Made by a program: the position numbers and the translations under genes. A stretch of 64,000 nucleotides of DNA, taken from contig CATNEN010000037.1 of the NCBI GenBank assembly GCA_950097015.1, forward strand, positions 4,278,001 to 4,342,000, read 5' to 3'. The DNA is from Macrostomum hystrix. Its lineage: Eukaryota > Animalia > Platyhelminthes. Numbering within the stretch: position 1 is the first letter of the stretch; each line of letters opens with the position of its first letter. Below the pieces are notes generated by a model. That model worked only from the letters and a program-made list of their open reading frames with translations. It ran no database searches and was not told where the DNA came from. Shown in pieces: positions 10,661 through 22,825 of this stretch.

Positions 10661-12242
10661 GTACGAGTATCTATCTATCAATCTATCATCTTATCATCAC
10701 ATTTTTATTCATGCCTTGGAATGTCGTTAACTTCGAGTAAATGAGAAGCTGCACAATCAGCAAATCTCTTTCATCCTAATTTTCTAACTGTTTTCTCTTA
10801 CTTTAAGTAGCAATATAAGCATTTCGAATGTATATTTTATGTCTGGACCAAACTAATATAGAACGCGCTGTCAGGCGACTAAATAAAATAACAGAGCGGA
10901 GGCGGATAAAATCCCGCCTAATTTCTAGAGTACGAAGCGGCTTCTAGTTGGAAAAAGGAGGAGGAAAAAGAAGATTTCGTGCGCAATATTGAAGGCTCCG
11001 GTGGCGGGGGCGGGGGTTGAGTCGGCTAAAGCGTGACGCCAATTTAGCTTTTGAATATCATTTCCCCTACCTGTAGCTCTCAGGTGCTAAAAACTTTCTT
11101 TTTTATCTGGAATCCAACATTTTCTCTTTTTTTTCGCTTTTAATTCATTTCCTCAATGTGAGAGCGGGAAGCGGCGACAGTGCGGAGTCGGGATCGAGTT
11201 CTCATCGGAGGAAGGGATCTGTTGAACTCAGCCAAGGGATCAGGTGTGCCGGAGCTTTACCGGACAATTCTCTAATGGATTGGATTTCAGACGTCTTATC
11301 GATTATGACCTCTAGTCGGACTGGGAATTCCCAAAACACTTCCTCCTAAGATGATTGGGGATATTGCGGCTAATAGTGTTTACCAGGTGCTGGCTCTAGC
11401 CGAGATTCGAACCATGCACCGCTCATCACGAATCTGGCCAATCAACGTATATTGATTCAACATTCGAACGAAAACTTGACAGCTTGATGGCGATAGAATG
11501 GGGTGAATTGAAAGCTATAGAGAGTGGTAAGAGATGAGAAGTGTGAGAACACTAGGCTTAAGGCGATGCTCGCTTGGTAAGTGAGAAGGGCTTGGCTCGG
11601 AGCCCGGCTGTCCAAGCATGCAGAGGTAATGCGGGCGTTGGCTAATGCAATAAAAGCTGCAATTCCAGCTGTCCCTAACCGATATATTTGGCGATCACCC
11701 CCCCACCCAAAGCAGCAGTGGACACAGCGACCAAACAGCCCAAACTCTACCATCTCCTAAGCCTCCACGCTGATGGAAAGTTCCGTGAGTAAAAAAAAAT
11801 AATTAAGTCTCGTAAGCCCGTACAGCTGCTGGACGGATAAGTGCAGAGCCAGAAAGTGTCAGCGGAGAAACGGAATTAGTCCCTAATGTCTTTATATTTC
11901 TCTGCGCCCCGGCTTATGCGTCTGACACGTTTAAAACTTTGTCTTTTACTGGTTAAGCTATTTTTCTCAGAAGTCTTAGTCGGTGAATAGATTGATGGAC
12001 TAAATAGACTCACGTAATTTGGGAGGAAAAAGTTGCTAAATCTTTGACTGATGAAGAAAATAGAAACGATTTTTTTTGGTGGAATTTTAATCTAGCAGTG
12101 GCACTAGACCAAAATAGATTTTCATTGCAGTGAGCTCTACGAGAAACTCATTTTTTTAGCGGGCAGAACTCAACCATTGAGTCAAAGGCTCAGAGAACTG
12201 ATTGCTCACTTAATCTCAGTGCGCTGATCAGCTGAATGATTC

Positions 12243-13185
12243 GGGAGTGCAGTTAGGAGGGCCACTGAGGGATCTGGGAGTGCAGTTAGGAGGGCCACTG
12301 AGGGATCTGGGAGTGCAGTTAGGAGGGCCACTGAGGGATCTGGGAGTGTAGTTAGGAGGGCCACTGAGGGATCTGGGAGTGCAGTTAGGAGCTCAAACTG
12401 AGGGATCTGGGAGTGCAGTTAGGAGCTCAAACTGAGGGATCTGGGAGTGTAGTTAGGAGCTCAAACTGAGGGATCTGGGAGTGTAGTTAGGAGCTCAAAC
12501 TGAGGGATCTGGGAGTGTAGTTAGGAGGGCCACTGAGGGATCTGGGAGTGTAGTTAGGAGCTCAAACTGAGGGATCTGGGAGTGTAGTTAGGAGCTCAAA
12601 CTGAGGGATCTGGGAGTGTAGTTAGGAGGGCCACTGAGGGATCTGGGAGTGCAGTTAGGAGGGCCACTGAGGGATCTGGGAGTGCAGTTAGGAGGGCCAC
12701 TGAGGGATCTGGGGGTGTAGTTAGGAGGGCCACTGAGGGATCTGGGAGTGCAGTTAGGAGGGCCACTGAGGGATCTGGGAGTGTAGTTAGGAGGGCCACT
12801 GAGGGATCTGGGAGTGTAGTTAGGAGCTCAAACTGAGGGATCTGGGAGTGTAGTTAGGAGCTCAAACTGAGGGATCTGGGAGTGCAGTTAGGAGCTCAAA
12901 CTGAGGGATCTGGGAGTGTAGTTAGGAGCTCAAACTGAGGGATCTGGGAGTGTAGTTAGGAGCTCAAACTGAGGGATCTGGGAGTGTAGTTAGGAGGGCC
13001 ACTGAGGGATCTGGGAGTGTAGTTAGGAGGGCCACTGAGGGATCTGGGAGTGTATAGTTAGGAGGGCCACTGAGGGATCTGGGAGTGCAGTTAGGAGGGC
13101 CACTGAGGGATCTGAGTGCAGTTAGGAGGGCCACTGAGGGATCTGGGAGTGCAGTTAGGAGGGCCACTGAGGGATCTGGGAGTGC
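12243..13185. repeat. 33-bp minisatellite
   Basis: GAGGGATCTGGGAGTGCAGTTAGGAGGGCCACT with a GCTCAAACT variant. Confidence 0.95.
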
Positions 13186-13460
13186 GGTAAGAAGGATAAC
13201 ACAAGATGACGCAAGTCTTGACTACCTTTGTACCTTTAAGTGTACTAAATAAAAAGTAATGATGTTTTGTAATGTCAATTACATATGGAAATATTCACGG
13301 ATAGGAGAATACCGCGTCACTCAGTTTCTATTAAACGTACAAAAAGCATTTATGCAAAGTGCAAAGAAATGCGTGCAATTACAAAAGAATGACTGCAAAG
13401 ATTCTCACTGTCAGCTTTTAATGAATTGAAGGCCCTATTGTAACAGTAGAAGGCCACGGA

Positions 13461-13688
13461 GTATTTCAAATACCCATTTTTCCCTTTTTTGTATCTTCTA
13501 AAATATTCAACCAATCGCCAGAACTTTTCCGCTCTATTGGATAACATTCCAGAATCACAAAACATCGGGGTGTCTGGTGGCAAAGACCACCAATACAGGC
13601 AGAACTTTTCTGCTCACAAAATTTCATCATGTAACCAAGTCGTGAAGTAGGCATTGGATTTGAAATACCCCCGTGATCTTTCCCCAGG
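13461..13688 (+). mobile_element. HINE-like element, copy 2 (shorter)
   Basis: GTATTTCAAATACCC ... GTCTGGTGGCAAA ... GGATTTGAAATACCCCCGTGATCTTTCCCCAGG. Confidence 0.6.
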
Positions 13689-13700
13689 ACCAGGTCCGGG

Positions 13701-16700
13701 TCAGACAGTGCACTCGCATTCCATCAGCGGGCAGGCAGCCTTCGTTTGATGGCCTCGGCAACTACCGCAGCTTTGGTCTTCATCGAGCTGCTGCTGCTGT
13801 TGCTGCCTCATTTGAGTCTGCGAGTGCAGCTCGCGCAGCCGCAGCGCCGACTCAGCGGCCGCCTCTGCTGCAGTGCCGATGAGCAGGGCAGTCCGCCGTC
13901 TCCGTTTGGCAGCCACCGCCGGTAGGAACAGCCGCAGGAAGGTGTCGCGGAACTGCGAGCTCATGCCGTACAGCCAGAAGAAGTTGCTGGCTGAGCTGGC
14001 CAACACCAGCAGGTCCATGAGGTTGCCCAGCTGGCGGTAGATTGTGTGAAGCACGCACGGGTCCGCTGCTGCTGCCAGATTTAGGCAGCCCTGGGGAAAC
14101 TCGGTCACCGTGAAACTGACCACCACTGCCACCAGTAGGAAGGTGGTGCGCGTGTGCTCTCTCAGTCGGTGTGCTTCTCTGCTTCTAGTAGAAACCTGCA
14201 GCTTTAGGCGGTGTTGCTGCTGCTGCCGCTGCTGCTGCTGCCTTGAATTGTAGCGCCCATTTTCTGCTTTCAGTTGCTTTCGACGTTTTGCAATCTGAAG
14301 AGAGTGAAATTTCTCCCAGTTCAATTAGCTCGGCTCTCACCAGAGCCCTCTCCTAGCCTCCAGCCAGAGCCCTCTCCTAGCCTCCAGCCAGAGCCCTCTC
14401 CTAGCCTCCAGCCAGAGCCCTCTCCTAGCCTCCAGCCAGAGCCCTCTCCTAGCCTCCAGCCAGAGCCCTCTCCTAGCCTCCAGCCAGAGCCCTCTCCTAG
14501 CCTCCAGCCAGAGCCCTCTCCTAGCCTCCAGCCAGAACCCTCTCCTAGCCTCCAGCCAGAGCCCTCTCCTAGCCTCCCGCCAGAGCCCTCTCCTAGCCTC
14601 CCGCCAGATTACCACCAGCTAGAACCCTTCAGCTAGAACCCTTCAGCTAGAACCCTTCAGCTAGAACCCTTCAGCTAGAACCCTGAAGCTAGACCCCTGC
14701 AGCTAGAACCCTGAAGCTAGAACCCTGAAGCTAGAACCCTGAAGCTAGAACCCTGAAGCTAGAACCCTGAAGCTAGAACCCTGAAGCTAGAACCCTGAAG
14801 CTAAAACCCTTCAGCTAGAACCCATCAGCTAGAACCCTTCAGGTAGAACCCTTCAGCTAGAACCCTTCAGCTAGAACACTCTAGATAGAACCCTTCAGCT
14901 AGAACCCTTCAGCTAGAACCCTCTAGATAGAACCCTTCAGCTAGAACCCTGAAGCTAGACCCCTGCAGCTAGAACCCTGAAGCTAGAACCCTGAAGCTAG
15001 AACCCTGAAGCTAGAACCCTTCAGCTAGACTCCTGCAGCTAGAACCCTGAAGCTAAAACCCTGAAGCTAGAACCCTTCAGCTAGACTCCTGCAGCTAGAA
15101 CCCTGAAGCCAGAACCCTTCAGCTAGAACCCTTCAGCTAGAACCATACAGCTAGAACCCTTCAGCTAGAACCCTCTAGATAGAACCCTTCAGCTAGAACC
15201 CTGAAGCTAGAACCCTGAAGCTAGAACCCTGAAGCTAGACCCCTGCAGCTAGAACCCTTCAGCTAGAACCCTTCAGCTAGAACCCTTCAGCTAGAACCCT
15301 TCAGCTAGAACCCTTCAGCTAGAACCCTGAAGCTAGAACCCTGAAGCTAGAACCCTGAAGCTAGAACCCTGAAGCTAGAACCCTGAAGGTAGAACCCTGA
15401 AGCTAGAACCCTGAAGCTAGAACCCTGCAGCTAGAACCCTGCAGCTAGAACCCTGAAGGTAGAACCCTTCAGCTAGAACCCTTCAGCTAGAACCCTGCAG
15501 CTAGAACCCTGAAGGTAGAACCCTGCAGCTAGAACCCTGAAACTTTGATCAACGAAGATCGCAACTCCACTGGTCCCCAAACACCTACCGCCTGCAAAGA
15601 AAGCACATTCCTTCAACTCCTACAATTCCAAATCGGGGGAAACTAATTTCTTACTACCAGATTAGGAAATCCCAAGTTCCAAAGCCTGACTATGTCCGCA
15701 TCAATCTGCATCAGGGTGGCACAGCTTCATCGATTCCCCAGCCTGTCTCCCTGCCGCCACCTGACCTGAACTGAGCCTGTTGCTAGCCTACTTACCCGCC
15801 TGCCTTTGGGGAATAATTATTGGAAACCAACTCTGCCACTTCTGCTTTTTTCTGATTCACTAGCAACCAGCTTCCCTTCTTTGATGCGTCCATTCACACC
15901 TACCTCTCCCTCCCTTCTGTCTCCCTCTCCCTTCTGTCTCCCTCTCCCTTCTGTCTCCCTCTCCCTTCTGTCTCCCTCTCCCTTCTGTCTCCCTCTCCCT
16001 TCTGTCTCCCTCTCCCTTCTGTCTCCCTCTCCCTTCTGTCTCCCTCTCCCTCTCTTCTGCCAATCTCTCATTTTCTCCCCCTGCACTATTGTAGTCATAT
16101 TTTCATGCATTAGAAATCATTTTCCCGTGCTCAACCTTATCGCTATGCTGGATAGCATCATGTTTTCGACCTAATTTCAAAGGGTACTGCTGTGTCTTCT
16201 GTCTTTTTCTTCTCTATTTCCCTCATAGGAGAACGCCTCCCCAATGCTCAGATTTCCATCAGCCAGTCCTATTCAGTCGCCCATAAAGTCTGGCGTGTTG
16301 CCCCAATGTGTTTGAGATCTGTTGGATAATTTCAAACTACTTTGATAAGGCACTACTGGTCTCTGCCTGCTTGGATCTCTCGAGGGAATTTCGAGTCTGC
16401 TGCTTCGTGACAGGTCAGCCTGGCCGCATCCCCCGTCCCATGCTTTCTCTGTCTCGCGGGAGATCAGCTTTCAAAGAAATCGAACCCTAATGCTTGTGCT
16501 GCAAGCTGATGTACGATGTCTGTCACTTGTTTAAAAAATCTATGCATACGACAGCAGGCTGATCAGCTCTGGCCGAGAATCAACAACTATTCAGTTGGGC
16601 CAGTCCGTGGACTGGAGCGGGCACCCACCGAAATTCTTACCCCAGCCAATGTCGGTACCCATTTCACAGCTGGCTGAACTGATCACCACTTTGTAATTAA

Positions 16701-17279
16701 GTGACACAATTCAAGGACACAATTTGTTTGCCTTCAAGGACCCAGATTAGAACTCCCGACCTCTCTCTCGATCAGACTCAGTCCCTGTAACCAATGGGCT
16801 ACAAGGTGGGGAGCGAGTGGCGGAGCGGTGAAACGCGTTTGCCTCTCGCACCAAGGTCCCTAAGCTCGATTCCGCGGCGAGGCCACATTAATTTGGCTTG
16901 TCGTACAATTTACGCCATTGAAGGCCAACCTTCAAGGCACAGTGAGAGTGTACACTGCCTGACGATGAGAAAGTCAGGGCGGATGTACGCTCCTGTGTGG
17001 GCGTGTGCCTGCGTACAGTATCTGTGTGAGGAGTCAGCGAAGGGTGCAGAATTGCCTCCTCGCTGGCTGCGGGTCTAGTGTCACCAATAGATGCTCCGAA
17101 TATATGTTAAATCACAGGAGTCAATATTTTGACTCGATCGTAATTACCATTCTCAATCCCAGTCTGTGTAGTCTAATTTAAAATATCCCCCCCAAGTCCT
17201 AAGCCGTCGACTCAAGCCCAAGCCGATGGCACTCTATCGCTGTCTCTGGGACTATTCATAATGCCAATAACGATAGGCA

Positions 17280-17322
<43 letters not shown>

Positions 17323-18709
17323 CGCGATAACCATCGAGCCAGATCAGCCTGAGCAGCCGAGCTCACAAAAAGGGAGTTAAAAAAATCCCCGAATGGAAAA
17401 ACGGGCCGCCTTTTCAATACAATCGCCCGGGGAGGCCGTATTAAATGCATAAAAGCATGGACAGATCTGCAAGTGACTGAACCAGGCAGACCTAATAGAC
17501 CATGCCTAACCCAGCCAGCCAGGACAAAGTACATGGTTAGTGCGGGATCTGCCAATGCGATTTCCTGCTTGGCCAAATCCCAGCCTGCTTTATACAGCTT
17601 GACAAACATGAAAATATGCCTTGAATTCAGGCAGTGGCTTGCTGTACGCAATCGACCAAGTTGGTCCTCTTTGACTCGGCTGATAAAACACTATTCTGAA
17701 ATCAGTCCCAGCCTCCAGCACCACCCAGTCCCAGCCTCCAGCACCACCCAGTCCCAGCCTCCAGCACCACCCAGTCCCAGCCTCCAGCACCACCCAGTCC
17801 CAGCCTCCAGCACCACCCAGTCCCAGCTTCCAGCACCACCCAGTCCCAGCCTCCAGCACCACCCAGTCCCAGCCTTCAGCACCACCCAGTCCCAGCCTCC
17901 AGCACCACCCTGTCCCAGCCTCCAGCACCACCCAGTCCCAGCCTCCAGCACCACCCAGTCCTGATCCCAGCATTCTGCGTGCATCTCACCTGTTTCAAAG
18001 TGTACAGCAAGATGCCGCTGAAGATGCAGTTGAGCACTGAGCTGCCAATCTTGACCAGGATGCCGTAGATGTACATGTTCAGCGTCTCCATGTGCGCCGA
18101 CTGCACCCAGGGTTGCACATCGAACCACCAGCTCTCGGTGCCGTTCTCGCCGAAGTTTCTCAGCCTGTACATGAATGAGTTGGGCAGGCTGGCTAGCAAC
18201 GAGACCCCGCCAATCACCAGAATGCAGTGCCGTACGCGGCGCATGCTGCACCAGGCCGGTCCGTCAGTGGGAAAGTACACCACTACAAAGCGGAAGAAGG
18301 CCAGAGCCACTGTGAGTAGGGTGCCAACCACGTGACTGGTGATTGACAGCACATTGTGCAGCAGTACCAGCTGGATGCCGAACCGGGAATGCCCGCCCTC
18401 TGGCAGCGGTTCTGTGGCAATGTAAAAGTACACCGCGTAGTACAGATAGGCGGCAGTTTTCACAATGTCGCAAACGGCGATGCCAGTCAGCAAGACGTTG
18501 AACGGATTGCGCATTCCAGACCGGGTCAGAGCCGCGGCTACGGCACAGTTCAGCAGCAGGCCGACAATGCAGATGGCCGAGCTGAGATAGCCGTGCACAC
18601 CTGTTAGACCTGACTCCACCTGCCACAATAGGCTGATATTGTAGCTGCTGCAGTCTAGCTCCTGCTGCTGCTGCCGCTGCTGCTGACTGGTGTTCAGTGC
18701 CAGCAGCAT
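13701..18709 (-). CDS. Rhodopsin-class neuropeptide GPCR, myosuppressin (DmsR)/FMRFamide-receptor-like, 437 aa; exons 18709..17990 and 14294..13701
   Basis: HGYLSSAICIVGLLLN, MRNPFNVLLTGIAVCD, LTVALAFFRF, REHTRTTFLLVAVVVSFTVTEFPQG, SNFFWLYGMSSQFRDTF. Phase-0 intron (CAG|GTGAGA ... TTCAG|ATT). Confidence 0.88.
14337..14605. repeat. 24-bp minisatellite (GPCR intron)
   Basis: CCAGCCAGAGCCCTCTCCTAGCCT units. Confidence 0.95.
14617..15540. repeat. 14-bp minisatellite (GPCR intron)
   Basis: AGCTAGAACCCTGA / CAGCTAGAACCCTT units. Confidence 0.95.
15545..16500 (-). mobile_element. Possible highly decayed CR1-like LINE ORF2 fragment, interrupted by a 17-bp CT-rich array (15905..16065)
   Basis: Broken minus-strand translations EKAEVAEL..N and SPDLEL*ELKECA resemble the tether/pre-RT region of CR1-type ORF2. 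Many stops and frameshifts. Confidence 0.35.
16575..16805 (-). mobile_element. Divergent SINE related to family A
   Basis: Shares CAGTCCGTGGACTG, GGTACCCATTTCACAGCTGG and AAGGACACAA with family A; tRNA-like head ending ...AACCAATGGGCTACAAG. Confidence 0.7.
16812..17097 (+). mobile_element. tRNA-derived SINE family B, copy 1
   Basis: A box TGGCGGAGCGG, B-box-like AGCTCGATTCC, CCTGAC-GATGAGAAA-GTCAGG hairpin, 3' GCCTCCTCGCTGGC motif. Four copies in the window. Confidence 0.85.
17703..17962. repeat. 23-bp minisatellite next to the GPCR exon 1 donor
   Basis: CAGTCCCAGCCTCCAGCACCACC units. Confidence 0.95.
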
Positions 18710-19029
18710 CGCCCTAATTTGAAGTCGCTGCACAGTTGAAACTAAGCAGACACAGTCCAGCTGCCTGTGCGAAAGTAGGAAAGTAGGAAAGTAGGAAAGT
18801 AGGAAAGTAGGAAAGAGATGGCTTTGATGCAGTTTTCATATAGGTTTGCCACACTAGGCTCCTATTGGCTGATTTAGACTGCATTGTGTCATTTCCAGCT
18901 GGCCCAGATTATGCTTTTATGCTGCACTTTCTGATCACAATTTATTTTCGGGATGTGTTGACTGGCAGACATGTTTTGGTTGACTAGCTAGATTCTACGA
19001 GCCGTATTTTATTTAATGTCAGGCGCCAC

Positions 19030-19650
19030 TGTCAATCAGCCATTCAGGTGTCACTGCCTGTCAGGTATCATTGCCATTCAGGTGCCACTGCCATTCAGGT
19101 GTCACTGCCAGTCAGCTGTCACTGCCTGTCAGGTGTCACTTTCTGTCAGGTGTCACTTTCTGTCAGGTGTCACTTTCTGTCAGGTGTCACTTTCTGTCAG
19201 GTGTCACTTTCTGTCAGGTGTCACTTTCTGTCAGGTGTCACTTTCTGTCAGGTGTCACTTTCTGTCAGGTGTCACTTTCTGTCAGGTGTCACTGCTTGTC
19301 AGTCAGGTGTCACTGCTTGTCAGTCAGGTGTCACGGGTTGTCAATCAGGTGTCACTGCTTGTCAGTCAGGTGTCACGGGTTGTCAGTCAGGTGTCACGGG
19401 TTGTCAGTCAGGTGTCACTGGTTGTCAGTCAGGTGTCACGGGTTGTCAGTCAGGTGTCACTGGTTGTCAGTCAGGTGTCACTGGTTGTCAGTCAGGTGTC
19501 ACTGGTTGTCAGTCAGGTGTCACTGGTTGTCAGTCAGGTGTCACTGGTTGTCAGTCAGGTGTCACGGGTTGTCAGTCAGGTGTCACGGGTTGTCAGTCAG
19601 GTGTCACTGGTTGTCAGTCAGGTGTCACTGGTTGTCAGTCAGGTGTCACG
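19030..19650. repeat. Compound 17-bp then 21-bp minisatellite
   Basis: GTCAGGTGTCACTTTCT switching to GTCAGTCAGGTGTCACTGGTT. Confidence 0.95.
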
Positions 19651-20234
19651 GCCTGTCCGGGATTCAAAACCTGGACCTTCATGAAGGGAGCCCGATGCTC
19701 TAGAATGTGAGTTAAATTTTGCTATTAAAATAAAAAAATCCATATTGTCACGTGATTATCTATTTGCCGTCGCTCGCATTCAGTTATCGATCCTGCAATT
19801 AGCACCAGATCTTTGGCAGTGATGCAATTTGCATTAATTTCTTAGTGCTGCTCCTTTCTAATTCAAATCGGTTTTTCCCTGGCAGTTTCGCCAGGCTGAG
19901 AAAGCTAGTTTAACTCGAAGAAGAAGAAAATAATGACTCCCATGATGATTGATTTGACTTCTCTGCACTGTTCGGCAGGCGGTGAAGCTCAACAGGAGAA
20001 GGTAAAAATAGCTGGACAAGCAACTGATTGATAATGGCTAGACTAGCAATCCAAAAACTATATTATGGCTAATATATTTCCCACAAATTTAAATTTGACT
20101 GGCTTCCGAAATGAAAATAATATTTTTATTTTACCAATGCTTCTAAAAAAAATTCCGAAAGCGTTTCCTTACAATGGGGTTTTATCAAAATGAGATGCAT
20201 CGGATATGATTTCTATTGAACAAGATTTCGATTA

Positions 20235-21320
20235 AATGGGATTTCTATTCACTGGGATTTCTATTCACTGGGATTTCTATTCACTGGGATTTCTATTCAT
20301 TGGGATTTCTATTCACTGGGATTTCTATTCACTGGGATTTCTATTCACTGGGATTTCTATTCATTGGGATTTCTTTTCATTGGGATTTCTCTTCATTCGG
20401 ATTTCAATTCATTGGGATTTCTATTCATTGGGATTTCAATTCATTAGGATTTCTTTACATTGGGATTTCCATTCATTGGGATTTCTATCCATCTGGGATT
20501 TCTATCCATTTGGGATTTCAATTCATTGGGATTTCAATTCATTGGGATTTCTGTTCATTGGGATTTCAATTCATTGGGATTTCTGTTCATTGGGATTTCA
20601 ATTCATCATGGGATTTCCATTCATTAAGATTTCCATTTATTGGGTTTTCCGTTTTTTGGGATTTCTATTCAATGGGATTTCAATTCATTGGGATTTCCAT
20701 TCATTGGGATTTCTGTTCATATGGGATTTCTGTTCATTGGGATTTCCATTCATTGGGATTTCAGTTCATTGGGATTTCCGTTTATTTGGGATTTCAATTC
20801 AATGGGATTTCAATTCATGGGATTTCCATTCATTGGGATTTCTGTTCATTTGGGATTTCCATTTATTGGGATTTCCGTTCATTGGGATTTCCGTTTATTT
20901 GGGATTTCTATTCAATGGGATTTTAATTCATTGGGATTTCTATTCATTGGGATTTCAATTCACTGGGATTTCAATTCAATGGGAATTCTATTCAATGGGA
21001 TTTCCATTCATTGGGATTTCCATTCGTTGGGATTTCTATTCAATGGGATTTCCATTCATTGGGATTTCCATTCGTTGGGATTTTTATCCATCTTAGATTT
21101 CAATTCATTGGGATTTAAATTCATTGGGATTTCCTTTCATTGGGATTTCTGTTCATTGGGATTTCTGTTTATTGGGATTTCAATTCTTTGGGATTTCCAT
21201 TCATTTGGAATTTCTATTCAATTGGATTTCAATTCATTGGGATTTCCATTCATTGGGATTTCTGTTCATTGGGATTTCAATTCATTGGGATTTCTGTTCA
21301 TTGGGATTTCAATCATTGAG
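20235..21320. repeat. Degenerate ~19-bp minisatellite
   Basis: TTCATTGGGATTTC(TA/CA/AA) units. Confidence 0.9.
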
Positions 21321-21936
21321 ATTTGGGGTTTGGATCGGCCGGAATTTCAGGGATCAGTCATCAGCTGACACAGGCAAGAAAGCATACAATGCAACTAATC
21401 CTATGGGATTAAAAATTAAATTAAATAATACGTTTATTTTTTGTCGTCGACATTTTTTGGGAAATTAATTTTTGGTGGCATTGGGCCCTAATCCCACCAA
21501 GGAAGGAGGACTGACTTCGGTTGGGGGACATTTGAGAGTGAGAATGAATGATCTCCATCTATTTAGTTATACGAGCCGTACGAGTTTGTTAAGAAATTAT
21601 AATCTGTGAGTTTTTTTGAAATCCATTATTGAAATTATAAAACCGATCGAAATTTGCACACAAAGCTTAAACTCCCAGATTTTATCTCCCATATCCGGTT
21701 TCTGCTAACCAGAGCGGATGACACAGCGTTTTTCCTATATTTATATTTGTTGCAACCAAAAGCATAAGTTGAATGCAGAATGAGTCGCCAAAAACGAAAG
21801 CTGAAATAGACTACTGACAGTGGCATAATTTGCGCATGAAGCAAATTTTAAGAAAATATTCCTTTCTTAAATATATTGATTTTTAGCGAATAAGGGCGTT
21901 GCTTTGGTTTATTTTAAGAGTAGAAAGAACAAGCCA

Positions 21937-22156
21937 CCCCCCCTGGAGAAAAACCATTTCAAATACCCACTGCCGACTTCACGACATCTCCCAAACCGAA
22001 CGACCGACTTTTCGTCAAAGTTCACCCTTTGCGATGAACTACGTTCAAAGCCACCCGAGACAACATCGTCGAGATATTCACGTTCTGGATTTTCAAAGCG
22101 ATTGGTTGAATATTTTGGGAGATACAGAAAAAATAAAATTTTGGGTATTTGAAATA
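21937..22156 (-). mobile_element. HINE-like element, copy 3 (inverted)
   Basis: Reverse complement begins TATTTCAAATACCC...AAAATATTCAACCAATCGC and ends GGCAGTGGGTATTTGAAATGG...TCCAGGGGG. Confidence 0.6.
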
Positions 22157-22399
22157 GCTCAATTGTGGTATTTCTACTGTTAATATCAATTTAAGTTAGG
22201 AGCCGAGGACTTATTTAGCTAGCACCTATAGCTGATGCGAGAGTAGCTATAGATGTCCATGATAGGACCCTTGCCATGTTGCTTGCGATCCATTGTTAGC
22301 ACTAGAAATAAAGACTTGTATGACTCGACCTACCATCGATTTGAGTTCACTCACCGTCCATTGAACCTGACTATGTTTAATTAGATTAAATATACCTGA

Positions 22400-22825
22400 C
22401 TCACTTTGATTTGACTTGACCCACTTTGATTCGACTTGACCCACTTTGATTCGACTTGACCCATTTGGATTAGAATTGACCCACTTTTATTAGACTTGAC
22501 CCACTTTGATTCGACTTGACCCACTTTGATTCGACTTGACCCATTTGGATTAGACTTGACCCACTTTTATTTGACTTGACCCACTTTGATCCGACTTGAC
22601 CCACTTTGATGAAGCTTGACCCATTTGGATTAGACTTGACCCACTTTGATTTGCCTTGACCCACTTTGATTAGACTTGACCAACTTTTATTTGACTTGAC
22701 CCATTTGGATTAGAATTGACCCACTTTGATGAAGCTTGACCCATTTGGATTAAAATTGACCCACTCTGATGAAGCTTGACCCATTTGGATTAGAACTGAC
22801 CCACTCTGATGAAGCTTGACCCACA
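22400..22825. repeat. 20-bp minisatellite
   Basis: TTGACCCACTTTGATTCGAC units. Confidence 0.9.

Noticed and set aside
12243-13185. CRISPR-like periodicity (33-bp units; also the 37036 and 59750 arrays)
   Set aside because: Units are directly adjacent with no unique spacers, there are no cas genes, and the context is eukaryotic.
14617-15540. Interstitial telomeric repeat
   Set aside because: The unit contains AACCCT but is 14 bp long and does not form (TTAGGG)n.
16955-16985. Hammerhead ribozyme (CUGACGA...GAAA...GUC) in SINE-B
   Set aside because: Only 3 nt separate CUGANGA and GAAA (no stem II), stem III cannot form, and the CUGAC is sequestered in a hairpin with GUCAG.
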